DNA of 64,000 nt from Amoebidium appalachense (Eukaryota; Protista; Ichthyosporea): the NCBI GenBank assembly GCA_963693365.1, contig CAVNZM010000009.1, forward strand, positions 5,524,245-5,588,244, written 5' to 3'. A program made the translations under genes and the position numbers. Shown here piece by piece: positions 32,993 to 44,959 of this stretch (its first letter is position 1; every line of letters starts with the position of its first letter). The notes under the pieces were generated by a model, which was not told the origin of the DNA, ran no database searches, and saw only the letters and a list, made by a program, of their open reading frames with translations.

Positions 32993-35719
32993 ACCCTTCT
33001 TACCCAGTCTTTCCGGCACTGCGCCATGAGCTAACCCAAAAGAAATGCTTATCTGGTCCACGGAGCAGTGGAAGCTGCTTTGTGTTTGCTGCCTTGCAGG
33101 GAACTGCCCACATCCACAGTTTTCTTTTTTATGTTTTAAAGCTTTCATTTGTGTGCGTTTTGCTTTCGTGATGCTATACTGCTGCTGCTTGAAAGGTCCG
33201 GTCATTGCATTCGGATGCTGCCTCTGTCTTTCGCCCCTTGAGTCTCTTGCCCGTCCCCCCTCCTACCCTTTTCCGCTCTCGCTGCCTCAGTTTTTGCTTG
33301 GAACCCTTTTGCACCTCCTCCGTTTCATCGTAATTTAAAAGCATACAGAGATCATGATTACACCTCCTTCCTTCGACTTCAATCATTAGAAAAACTCGGT
33401 ACGGTGTTTTACACTTTCGACTGTATTCCCCATCTCCTCCCCTCCTGCACAGACCCACCAAACCTCTATCCCTCCCTCTGCCCCGTTCCCCCCCGCCGGG
33501 GGGACTGTCTTCGTCCTTATCCGAACACCCTTTCATCTTCTCCTACTTTCTCCTTCCTTCCTTCCCCCTGTCCCCACCCCCCTCCCTCCCTCTCGTCCCT
33601 CGTGTCTCGTCCCTTCTTTCTCTGACTCCCCCTTCCACCCCCCCCCCCCCCCCAAAAAAAAAAAAAAAAAAAAAAAACGAAAACAAACAACCAAACAAAA
33701 AAAACCCCTAATGCACACAACCCCCCCCCCCCCCCTAGAGTTCCCTTGACTTCACCTTCACTCTCCTCCTCTCTCTTTTGCATTATCGGCTAGTTCATTT
33801 CACTGACACTCCCCCGCCCCCCCTTGCCCCCGCTCAGGGTTATGCATGAGAACCGCCAAAATGCCACCTGCAAGGTATGCTGGGTGTGGACTGCAACAGT
33901 ACTCCGTTCTTGAAAGGTATCTATTGGTGCGACTATGATGTGGTGTGAGAAATTATCATTGTTTTGTTGGCAGTGGTGGGCTGAATACAGTAAGCATTTC
34001 TCTCCTCTTTGATTTATATTTTACTTTTCTCTTCTCCCTCCCCCCCCCCCCTCCCCCCCCCCCACACACACACACGCACACAGAGACAAGCTCAGAAAGA
34101 GAAGAAAGAAAACACAGTGCTCCCCTACCCCCCCCCCCCCCTCCCTCCCCTTTAAAAGTGCAGATCCCTCCCGTCAACTACTCGATTTCCCATTGCAGTG
34201 TTGGTCACAGTCTTGAAGATGATGGCTGATACAGGTGTTCGTGATGGGTGGCATTGTTGGGTTTGGGAGGCCCAAGAAAGGTGGAAGAGAGGGGAGGGGA
34301 GACGGGCAGAGGTGATCCAGAATATGCTTGATGGTGTGTTTCTGCATTCGATGGGCAACTGTTTGTGTGTGTATGTGTATGTATGTGTTGGGGGGCTGGA
34401 GGGGGGGGGGGGGGGGGGAATGATGATGGTAGTGGTGGAGGGTTTTTTTTTTGAGGAGGGGAGGGAGGGACGGGGGGAGGGGGGGGGTGAGGATGAGGAG
34501 AATGCTATTGTAAGTATATATTGGTCCCCCGGCCCACCCTTTCCTCCAGCTCCCCCCCCCCCCCCCCACACACACACACATACACATACACACCATTTAT
34601 TTCATGGGTCCTTGAAGCTCGTTTCAGTTATTCTTTCTTTGCGGTACTGTCAGCAGCAGCAATACCCCCCCCCCCCCCCACCACCACCACCACTCCCCTC
34701 CCATTTTTCCCCCTTTACCTTCCCTTCCCTTTCCCCAAAACAACATTCAAACACACTCAATCGCATTCACACACTCCAGCACACCCACCAACGATGCTGA
34801 AAAACCCTTGCTGGCTTTTTCCCCACACAAAGTTCAGGTCACTCATATGGGTTCCCATTCCCTAGGTTGTGCAGGTTTGCCATGTGAAAAGGTCATCGTA
34901 TGCTGGTTGTGTGCCACAGCATTTTCCCGTTTTTGCAAGGTATCTACTGATGTGGTGTGGATGAGGTGTGAGACTTCTGATAATTGTTTGGGCGGGGACG
35001 GTTTATTTAGGTGGAGTAGAGGGAGATTGCTTTATTTTTTTTTCTTTTTCTCTTTTTTCCCTATCTCCCCCCCCCCCCTCCCCCCCCCCCCCCCCCCCCC
35101 GCCCCTCCCCTCCCTTCCCCTCCATATTTATCTCTGTCGGTTCTTGGGGGAGGGGGTCTTCTTTGTTCAAGGCAGGCTTTTCTTGTTAAATAGGTTGCCG
35201 GGGGGAAAATAATGCTTTTGTGGCCAGTGCATGGTTGTTTTAAGCCTTTTCCCTCTTGGCCGATATGTGTTATCATATATTGCGGCATTATAGTTTTCCT
35301 TTTCGTGATGGTACGAATGTGCAGACATGCCTTTTTTTGCTGTCATATATGTGTGTATGGATGTGGGTGTGTGTATGCGAGCATGGATGTGTGTGTGTGC
35401 ATGTGTTTGTGTGGGTGTTTAGTGTTTTTGTGAATGTGTCTTTGGAAGGAGTGAAGGGATGAGTGAAAAGGGAGGGAAAGCTATGACTGTCACTTCATTT
35501 ATTGATGCATCTGATGTTATTGGTATCCTGATTTAACTTCCCCTTACTCTAAAACTTTCTGAGCCTTTGCGGCGGAAGCCATTTGGGGCGGAAAGGGGCG
35601 TGCGGGCGGCGGGCGGGGGGGGGGGGGGGGGGGAGTTGCCGAATGGGGGTGGTGGAAGGGAGAAGATGAGCATTTTTGGTCTTTCTGGTGTGTGGGTGCT
35701 GACAGTGCCCGACGTTTGA

Positions 35720-35775
35720 TTGTGTGTATGCACAGGAATGCTTTGTGCTTGTGTCTGCTTGTGTGTGTTGGTCTG

Positions 35776-35815
<40 letters not shown>

Positions 35816-35868
35816 ATGTGTGCGTGTGTTTCACGTTTTGTATTTGTGTGTGAATGGCCTGTCTGTGG

Positions 35869-35921
<53 letters not shown>

Positions 35922-36047
35922 GGCCAGAATTATGAGTCGAAGATATGTAATTCATGTATGTGTGCGTGTACGTGTGCGTCCGGTGTTTTTGTGTGTGTGT
36001 GTGTATGTGTGTTGGCAAGTCTGTGGGTATGTGTGTGCACTTTTGTG
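35720..36047. repeat. (TG)n microsatellite-rich tract
   Basis: Direct observation. Confidence 0.85.
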
Positions 36048-36578
36048 TTAAATAAAATTCTTTCTTCTTATGCCAAGCCGGTGCCTGTGGATCAATCTCA
36101 GAAGCAGGCACAGGTGTGCTCCACAGGAGCAATGAAAAGAATGACAAATGTTTAGCTGCACATCAACCAATGAAAAAAATTCACAAGTGGCTAAAACCCC
36201 TAGATCATAAAGACCAAATCGATTGCCGCCCATTTCGGACTAGATATAACTCAAACTCATCAATATATCCATATGGCATATCCCACAGAACATAAAAACA
36301 GCTACAGCTCCCTAAATAAAAATGCTAGCAGCCTGAAACTTTGCACACACATCAAACACACCATGGCCTACAGCATTATACTACCACGAAGTTTACAGCA
36401 CACTCGCAACACACAATTTCACTCCAACGGGGCTATCTAATTCTCCTGCAAAGAAAACACGTTTACAAACTTAATATTCTTATGCCAACGTCGTCTTTAC
36501 CAGCCCCAGCAAGGGGATACATGAGCCGGTGCCTGTGGATCAATCTCACAAGCAGGCACAGGTGTGCTCCACCACTCC

Positions 36579-37508
36579 CTACCTGGCACGGGAAGGAACG
36601 AACCATGCCGTGGGTGACTGACGCAGCGCTGCAGCCCGGGCAAGGAGATATGCAGGCACGCGAATAGAAAGAACAAGAGACTGGCCGGCCTGCACATACC
36701 GGCGGAGGGAGGCATGCGATCTCCATCGACCACGCAGAGCAATCGTCTCTACTGAAACACCCCTGACATAGCCTTCCGAGGCACCACCATGGCGAAGACT
36801 GTGAAGATGGAACCCATACTCGTTGAGGCCGAGGGAGTCACATGCCGCTTGGAACTTGGCACGCAGAACATCATACGAGAAAGGAAACAGCCGCGCAGAA
36901 GGGGGGGCACCACGGAACCAGAAAGACAGGATGGCCAACAGGGACGGATCGGTGATGGGGACAAACTGATTTGGACCGGTCTTGGTGTCTGCCAGGCTTA
37001 TGCCGCCTGTACCGGGTGGCATGTCGTGGGGAACGGGGTCGTCGGGCAAAACAAGATCCGCACGGGTGAGCATAAGCAGCTCACTGATACGAAAATAACA
37101 CTCAAATCCGAGCAAAACAGCAATACCAAACAAGGGGCCAATTTTGGAATACAAATGATGGCCAATGACGAGGACCAATGAAAACGGAAGCGGGGGCGTG
37201 GTCTTTGCTGGAGCAAGCCGGTTCCAGCCCTGCAGGCTCCGTTGGGCGGCCTGCAGGTGTGGACCCAGGCGTGGCATGAAAAGCTTGATGCCGGCAGCTG
37301 TGTTGACACAGCGCTGACGCTGGCCACGCGATGGATCAATGGCATAACACTCCTCAAAATACTCCACCAGGAGGTCGTCCAGTTTGGCGGGGGACTTGGT
37401 GTCGGTGCCAGGGGGCAACCAATCCAGGAACTCAACAACAGCATCCCGGTAGGCCTTGAAGGTTGGGGGCTTTATGGCCAGGTCAGCCAGAAAACCGCGA
37501 GGGACCAT
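36579..37508 (-). CDS. Tyrosine recombinase, intact 309 aa
   Basis: FRISE (R), TKTG (K), HSLR (HxxR), GRW, RRY (Y) in one 930-nt frame. Confidence 0.92.
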   Translation of the reverse strand: MVPRGFLADLAIKPPTFKAYRDAVVEFLDWLPPGTDTKSPAKLDDLLVEYFEECYAIDPSRGQRQRCVNTAAGIKLFMPRLGPHLQAAQRSLQGWNRLAPAKTTPPLPFSLVLVIGHHLYSKIGPLFGIAVLLGFECYFRISELLMLTRADLVLPDDPVPHDMPPGTGGISLADTKTGPNQFVPITDPSLLAILSFWFRGAPPSARLFPFSYDVLRAKFQAACDSLGLNEYGFHLHSLRHGGASEGYVRGVSVETIALRGRWRSHASLRRYVQAGQSLVLSIRVPAYLLARAAALRQSPTAWFVPSRAR

Positions 37509-39539
37509 CTGTAGGATTGTGGGCTGACGGCAGCCACACACAATACAAACGAATGTCGAGGGCAAGCGTGTAGGCAGCCACCTGGCGGCATACACGGTTA
37601 AGACGTCGGGATGCTGAACGACCCTTAGCAACAGCCCCAAGCAGCGCCGTCGAATCAAGGCCCCAAAGGTAGCGGGAGCCCCGGGCAGCCGTAGACCGAC
37701 CTAATCGACAAAGCCCCAGGAGCAAGGCTTCTTTCTTCCTCCAGAATGTTGATGTGGTCGGAGTGGCGCCAACGATGACTGATGTTGGTGGTCCAACGGC
37801 CACCAACAGCTGCCAGGATAGGTGCCGGGGGGGCGGACGGGCTTGGCTCGTGCACAGGACCAGACAGCTGGCTGTAGTGGCCACGCCGGTTGCAGTGAGG
37901 CAGCACTTCGCGGAGAAGCGTTGCTGGAAGCACCCGGGACACCACTGCACCACCCAACAAGGAAGCATCAGTGCAGAACATGATGCTAGCAAACCCAGAA
38001 CGCAAATCACAACGCATCAAAGGGACCAAAGCACACATCGCCTGAAGCTCCCACACCACGGGCGGGGGAAGGGGATGTTCCCGACCCCCCAGCTGCTCCA
38101 CAAAACTGTAGACGGCACTCAGAACCGACAAAAGCGGCCGCTGCAGCAGTGCCGCCCACACCCAACCACCAAGCAACTGCTGCAAACGGAGCTGCGTGAC
38201 GACACCACGACGCAACACGGCCTGGGTTTCCGCCACCAGACGGCACAAGGAAGCGCCAGACGGGCGCAATATCCCAGAGCGATGCATTTCCAGGCCTAGC
38301 AGCACCATAGAGGACGACGAACCAGCAGCCACATCCTTCTTGACATTGGAGGGAAGACCAGCCGGGCCGGTGACGCCATGATACGATTCACGCTGACGAT
38401 TGATGGCGGTGGCATCTGTGCCGACCCAGCCACAGTCGTCTACATACAGGGCATGCTGCGTGGCCTCCACAGGCCGCGGCACTATCGCACAGAGGCGCTC
38501 AATGCGGGGTATGCCGGCTCGGTCAGCCAACTGCCCATGGACGTCTTGAGCCACAAGCACAGAATGCACCCAGCCCATGGGCACGGTCTTGAGGGCCAGG
38601 TACACAATCCGGTCGGGCCCAGAAATGCCAACAGCCTCCGAAGACACAGGCGGCAATCCGAAATACCGCCACAGGCACTCGGGGGCAAGAAGACGATGGA
38701 ACTGGTTGTCCATACGTCTTGCCAAAATAGAGGCAATCCTCAGGCCCCAGCAACAGATCGGCAAAATCGGCAGGGTTGGGCAGGTGCACCTTGAGGGCAG
38801 GATGATCACGGGCAAAGAACAGGTTGCCACGGCGGCCGTCAAAAATGACGCGGGCTCTGGTGTCTTTGGGGACCCCAAACAGCCCATTGATGGCCAGTGG
38901 TTTTTCCTTCGCCTCGAAAAAGTGCACCATGCCGCAGTCTTGAAGCCGAAGAAGCAGGGGACCGTATTCCCTACTGGGAACGTGATGCGCCGGTCGGATG
39001 CGGCGCAGCTCTGCAGGCGTCGGCGGAACAGGTTTGAGAAGGCCGCCGTCGCAGTTGGCCAAAAACGGCTGCAGTGTAGGAGACAAAAACTGCAACACGT
39101 CCACTGTGGCTCCAACCCCAGGGGGTGGCAAAGCGGCATTTGCCGCCGTAAGGGGTAGCCATCCTGTCAATACAGGGTAGGCCGCGGGGAACGCAGCCAA
39201 GACACTACTCGCAGGCTGAGCGTCGTAGACACCCGCGCGAATAGCATTGTAGCTGGCCCTAAGGACAAAGGTCCACAGGGCATGGTGGTGACTGTTCAGC
39301 AACCGGGTCGGGAATGGGCAAGGGCCGCCTGCCCACAGCTAGTTGAGGGCACCAAGACAACGGTTAGCCAAGGTAACCCCCTTCAAGCGGTGAGACAGAC
39401 GGTGCCGACGGCGTTGACTCCGTAGACGGGCTTGTCCAGAACGGTCCGGCACAGGAATGGCCGGAACAGGAAACAAATCAGAGGCGGCAAAGACATGACG
39501 TGGCATAGCTGTGGAATCCTTAGAAAAATTAGGGGGCAT
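37483..39539 (-). pseudogene. RT/RNase H with a stop and frameshifts
   Basis: Stop at 39339, frameshifts at ~38715 and ~37735; YVDD and TDAS present. Confidence 0.9.
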
Positions 39540-39616
39540 ATTTAATCAAGGGCACGTGGCAAAAAACCACAAGAATATAATATACAGAACCGCGTGCCGA
39601 ACCCCCAAAGGGCCGT

Positions 39617-40671
39617 TTAGGCCCTGTGGCCACCGGCCCCCAGAGGGGTCGATGGACCGCCGCCGGATGGGCCACTGCCGGGACCGCGCCGAGCCCGGGT
39701 GACTTCGGCGAGGGTCTTGGCTTGACGAACAGCCCGGGTGGCCAAGGCAGGGGGCAGGGGCAGGCTGCGCGCAGGGAGCTCCTCAAACTGCTCTGCAACA
39801 GCCCAGTCCCTGTTGGACTGATCAGCAGTCTGCACAGCCAGCAGACGGCGCACAGCAACTTCCACAGCAGGTGACTCCTTGCGGGCCTTAGGGTCGGCGG
39901 CCAGCAGCAGATCCAGCATACGGGCAAGCGTCAGAGCCTCCCGTTTGTTGCGGTAGCTGACCCAATCCGCCGCGTGGACAGCCGCAGTGACCGAGGCCTG
40001 GTCAGCAAGGGTGCTCTTGAGGTAGGAAGGGGCCAGACGTTCTTTGACGCGCAGGTTGACTTTGGCGCCGCTGGAGAGCAGATAACGGCTGGGGTTGGGT
40101 TTGGAACGGCCAGAGGAACGACGGCTGCGAGAGGAACAACCATAGCCACTGCTGCTGGAAGAAGAATCTCACTCGACGATGGGGTGTCTTCACTGCCGGT
40201 GTCGTACGCATAGACAGGCTCCTTGCCCTTTGCCCGCGCAGACAGCGTGCTCAGCAGGCCGCCGGCAGAGGGCTTCTTGGGGCGACCAGACTGGGCACCA
40301 GAGAGGGCTTGCACTTGGGCAGAAAGCGCCTGCAGCTGCTCTTGGAAGTCTACACCGTCAGAACGCCGCTGGGGAGAGGGCGACCCAGGTGGGGGGGAGG
40401 CACGGCCGCTGCGAGGAGTGCGACAGAGCAAGTGCAGCTGGTCGGTGACTTTCCAACCGACCATCTCAGGGTCATCAAAAGCCACCGAGCGCGCCTTGAG
40501 GGCTGAAACCACACTGTTGATGGTTTCTGCTGGCAGGCTGTTCCAGGGGAGGGCGTTGGACTGCAAAACGGCCAGACTTTTGAGACTTGCGTCGTCCGCA
40601 TCGGTAGAGATCTCCAAAAGCTTTTCGAGGAGAGCGGCCCCCTTGGCGACCAGAGCAGATGGAGGGGCCAT
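39617..40671 (-). pseudogene. ORF1 gag-like, frameshifted
   Basis: Homologous to 19128-20183; frame change at ~40165. Confidence 0.85.
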
Positions 40672-41407
40672 TGCAATGCTCACAAACCAGACTAGAGCAC
40701 GAAAACTTGAAAACGAAGACTGGAAAATGCAAAAACGCGGATAAAACGACACCGCAAAAAACGTCAGAAAACCAGCTCAAATGTAACGGCGCGCACGCAA
40801 ACCTCTTACCAGATGCTGCCGACGCTAAGCGCGCGCTCCTGGGCAAAAAAAACTAGAGAAAAAACGAACAACAGCGCGAAAAACGGGGACTAGAGTTGCA
40901 AAAACTTAGCTAAAAAATTAGGCCTAAAGAGACCTAAACGCACTCAGTAGCGCCGCAACTGACCTCCCTCGGGCCGCGCAAGCTCATTATATGCGCGGCC
41001 CACATTTTTGCCTATGGAAATATGAAGAAATGACTTAGAACCTATCAAATCCATGAAATCTACCAAAATGGAATTTTTGCTGCACATCAACCAATGAAAA
41101 ATTTTCACAAGTGGCTAAATTCCCTAGATCACAAAGACCAAATAAATCAATTGCCGCCCATTTCGGACTAGATATAACTCAAACTCATCAATATATCCAT
41201 ATGGCATATCCCACAGAACATAAAAACAGCTACAGCTCCCTAAATAAAAATGCTAGCAGCCTGAAACTTTGCACACACATCAAACACACCAAGGCCTACA
41301 ACAACATGCTACTACTACGAATTTTACAGCACACTCGCAACACACAATTTCACTCCAACGGGGCTATCTAATTCTCCTGCAAAGAAAACACGTTTACAAA
41401 CTAAATA

Positions 41408-42281
41408 TTCTGTGGGGGAGTTTTCCACGGTTTTTTACCCAAACCGGACCCCACCAGAGCAATAAACGACGGCACATCCAAGCCCAATGCTGCTGCCTGC
41501 TCCTGCACAGCCACCATAGCCGACTGCTGCACAGTAAGCACACCGGCTGTACCCTTTGTGTGTTTCTGTGTGCTTTTGCGGCCGCGCTTTTTTTCCGATA
41601 AGTGAACGAGTGCATCCTGGATGGTTAGACACTTTTTCGCACGCCTCTGCTTCACAGCCCGTTTTTGGTAATCATTAAATGCGGCAGCGTTCAACTTGTG
41701 CGAAAAATCAATCAAACGCGCTTCATCCGTGCCATGTGGATACAATCGTCCCCACAAGCTAGCGTGCTGTGTATAGAATTCCGAAACCTCCATGTTTCCC
41801 TGCTTCAACTCGTCCAGCTTGCCCTGCCATTTTTTGCAAAACGTGCTCACCATGGAACTCCTTAACCACTTCTTGCGCAAAAGCTTCGAACGTGGCATTA
41901 GGGTGTGTGCGGCAAAATTTGGAAAACCAATTGCGTGTGGGGCTTGCAGGAGGAAAGCACGAGACAACTAAAGGCACAGCATCATGCACAGGCACACCAG
42001 CCACTCTGAAAAACAAGCTTGCAAGCTCAGAGAGCCACTCAACCACCGTGCGCGTATCACTCATATAAATAACCCTTAAACTGGGGCACCTTGTCTGCAG
42101 TGATCAGAGGCGCATAGTGCCGAGAGGGATGCACAACCAACGGTTTACGCCATGCCATATCATGCTCCGGCATCAAAGCAAGGAGCAAATCACATGCAGA
42201 CTTCACCTTCTTTGGCGGATGGTTGTCATCTTCACTCTCCGAGCTGCTCTGGCTCCCCCCGTCATCCTCTTTTTTTCTCAT
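41408..42281 (-). pseudogene. gag: Gag capsid-region fragment of a related Gypsy lineage
   Basis: TVVEWL..AGVP..CFPPASPTRNWF..FEAFA..LKQG..HASLWGRLYP aligns with gag 21233-22798 (TVIEWL..AGVP..CFPLASPARVWY..FDAFA..LKQG..HARLWARVYP); frameshifted. Confidence 0.85.
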
Positions 42282-42639
42282 TGGTTTTGTTTGAATATGG
42301 GCGGGGAAATGGGTGGGGCGGTTACTGGCAGTCAGGCCTGCAACGACAAAAAAAAACGGCGCTTCTCCGATACCCAGAACGTGAAATGTGTGCTCTCATG
42401 TGCTGCGGGCCAAAACCCTTCGGACATGTTTTCTACATAATAAACGGGCACAAACCACTTTCTTTTCAACTAAATAAGTGTTTCCGAGTAGCTTGGGCCT
42501 TTGTTTGGGTGTAATTGTGTAGGGGTAGGTAGCTGGTGTGAGCACGTGATGCTCGGGGTAGCATTGGCCTTCATTGCTGACCACAACACTAGCACTAGTA
42601 CTAGCATAGTACAGCACTGTTGTAACTGCGTGTCAGAAA

Positions 42640-44270
42640 ATGGCAAAGGCTCCCAGAAAAAACAAGCCTACGCCTAAGCTTCGCAAAAAAAGGCCCACTT
42701 GCAGTGCACCTAGTGTAATAAAGCAGAGGGTGAAAAGAACGGGCCGAAGTATAATCCCATGTTCATGGAACAGGCAAGGCAACTAGACAGCTAAAGAAGG
42801 GAAGCTCAGTCAAGCAACGGGTTGCCGAGGTAGTAGGAACCACTGGCATTTCCGTTGCAACCCTATACAGACACAAAAAAGACCCTGAGTATGGAAACAA
42901 GAAACCGGGCCCTAAGCCCATTCTAGCAGCAGATGAGGAGATTGGCCTTGCTAGTGGGTTGGTGTTCCTGGCTGGGAGGGGGTTGGGGGTTTCTCGTGCT
43001 GAAGTTCTCAGGTCTGCACGGGACATTGCTGAGCGTAACGGCAAAAAATTCAATACAGCAGTCGGGCTTTCGGGTGAGGGGTGGTTCAATTTGTTCGAAC
43101 GCCGTGACAAACAGCACGTTTACAACCTTACTTTCCGCAAACCAAACGAACTTTCGAAAGGGTGCGTTTCCGCTCTCACGGACGAGAAGATGAATTCGTG
43201 GTTTGATATGGTGGAGGAACTGGTGGAAGAAAAGCAGATAAACGTGGAGAAGAATCTGTTCAATGACGACGAAAAACAACTGCGCATAACCAACGGGTGT
43301 GCGGGTCAGAAACTTCTCACGGTCACAGACATGAAAACCACATACAAAGTCGGCTATGGGTTTGCAGAGCAAGACTGGCACTTATCCATCATTCCTACTA
43401 TTGTTGCGTCCGATGGCGCCCTCCCACCCACCATTGTAGTGCCCTCGCGTCTCATGTCAGAGGAAATGGAAACGGCCGTTAAGTATATCCACCCAGATGC
43501 GTTGCTAGCCTGCTCTGATGACGGTTGGAGCACCAGCACAATACAATATACCTCGAGCACACCCGGCGACACCCGAATTGGAGGCAGAAGTATTGCCCTC
43601 AAAACAGCAAGACAGCGGTTTGGTACAGTGCACAACATTCGTCCCGAGCAGGCAGGCCCCCTCCCCACCCAACCCCCCGCGCAAACACCGACCCCACCAG
43701 CACGCCCCAGCAAACGCCACAAAACGGTCGAGCACCACTCACGGAACGCAACCCAAACAGCAACGCCAAGATAGTGCGAAAACGGAAAAAGCAACAGGGG
43801 TGCATGATCGGAACAAGCGAGCAGCACTTGGACGGCAGAAGGGAGAAGGAACGTGTTGTGGCGGAGGAGAAGCAGAAGAAGGAGGAACGGGCAAAGGCAG
43901 CGGAGGAAAGAAAGAAGCAAAAGGCCTTAGTGGCACTGGTTACCGGTCCCTGCCAAGCAAACAAGCAGTCGGGGAAAGTTTGTGGCCTCAAAGCCATGCC
44001 AAGCCACGAACACGGAGGGGTGCGACTGTACAAGCGGCACCTAAAGAGACGGGACAAGGGGTTGAAGAACAAAGCGCCGCAGCGAAACCGAACAACACCG
44101 CCAATGATGCGGAGCAGGATGTTAGCGAAAGCACTCGGAGTACGCACAAGAAGGGCGAGGGAGAACAGAGCGCAGAGGAGGAGTGGGAGGAGAGATACGG
44201 GGGGAGGAGCATGTGGGAAGATGTAGGGGAAGAACGTGAAGAAAGTGGGAGTGACACGGAGGATGTGTGA
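42640..44270 (+). pseudogene. pogo/Fot1-like transposase, internally deleted and frameshifted
   Basis: HTH (GISVATLYR), GPKPIL..EE..L CENP-B-type HTH with GWFNLF, NLFNDDE (first D), I.A.G.LPP, S.DGW; rest of the catalytic core missing; basic coiled-coil and acidic tail. Confidence 0.78.
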
Positions 44271-44763
44271 TGCCCACGAGTGACTATGGGGCTGACGTCT
44301 GATTGTTTTAAAATAAAGAGTTCCTTTTGACGCAGAACAGCTTCATATTCTGCAGTTATGACGTTTGCGTAGTATATGTGTGCTGTATCCTCCCAGATGG
44401 CAAGCAGAACTTCCAAGTGAGGATAGTGCTTGATTTCCGGTAACTGCGCATCATCCTTGTACTCTATGTCAACCATGTCGCTTGTGTCAAGCCGGGGCAC
44501 AAGAATAATGTCGGCAAATGCCATTTTACTTGTCCTTGTGTATGTTTGGCCTCGAAGCCTCGGAGTTTTAGTGACCGTAAAAAGGGCTAGGAGAAAGTGG
44601 GAGAATAGATAGTGTGGGCACTTGGGCGGGACCTGTTCAAGTTTTGTTTTGCGGCGACATGTGATCGATCGATCATCCGACAGTCAAGAGCCTATCGTGA
44701 TCTACAGGGTTCTCTAATTGATTTGAAGGTATGGTCGACAAATCAACTGCCTGACTAAACTGC

Positions 44764-44959
44764 TTAGGTCTCTTTAGGCCCATTTTTTTAGCTAAGTTTT
44801 TGCCCACCCACCACACCCTTTGCCTATTTAGGCACTAGGCTACGTTTTTTTGATCATGTTTCTGTATGACATTTGTCATTCTTTTCATTGCTCCTGTGGA
44901 GCACACCTGTGCCTGCTTGTGAGATTGATCCACAGGCACCGGCTCATGTATCCCCTTGC
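44764..44959 (+). mobile_element. YR family A fragment (A2 end-spacer-partial B2)
   Basis: Matches the 32765-32960 sequence. Confidence 0.88.

Larger units (their letters stand above)
36065..41407 (-). mobile_element. YR family A near full-length copy with deletions in B2/spacer/A2
   Basis: Both termini present (TTCTTATGCC... and ...AAACTAAATA); all three ORFs recognisable. Confidence 0.94.
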
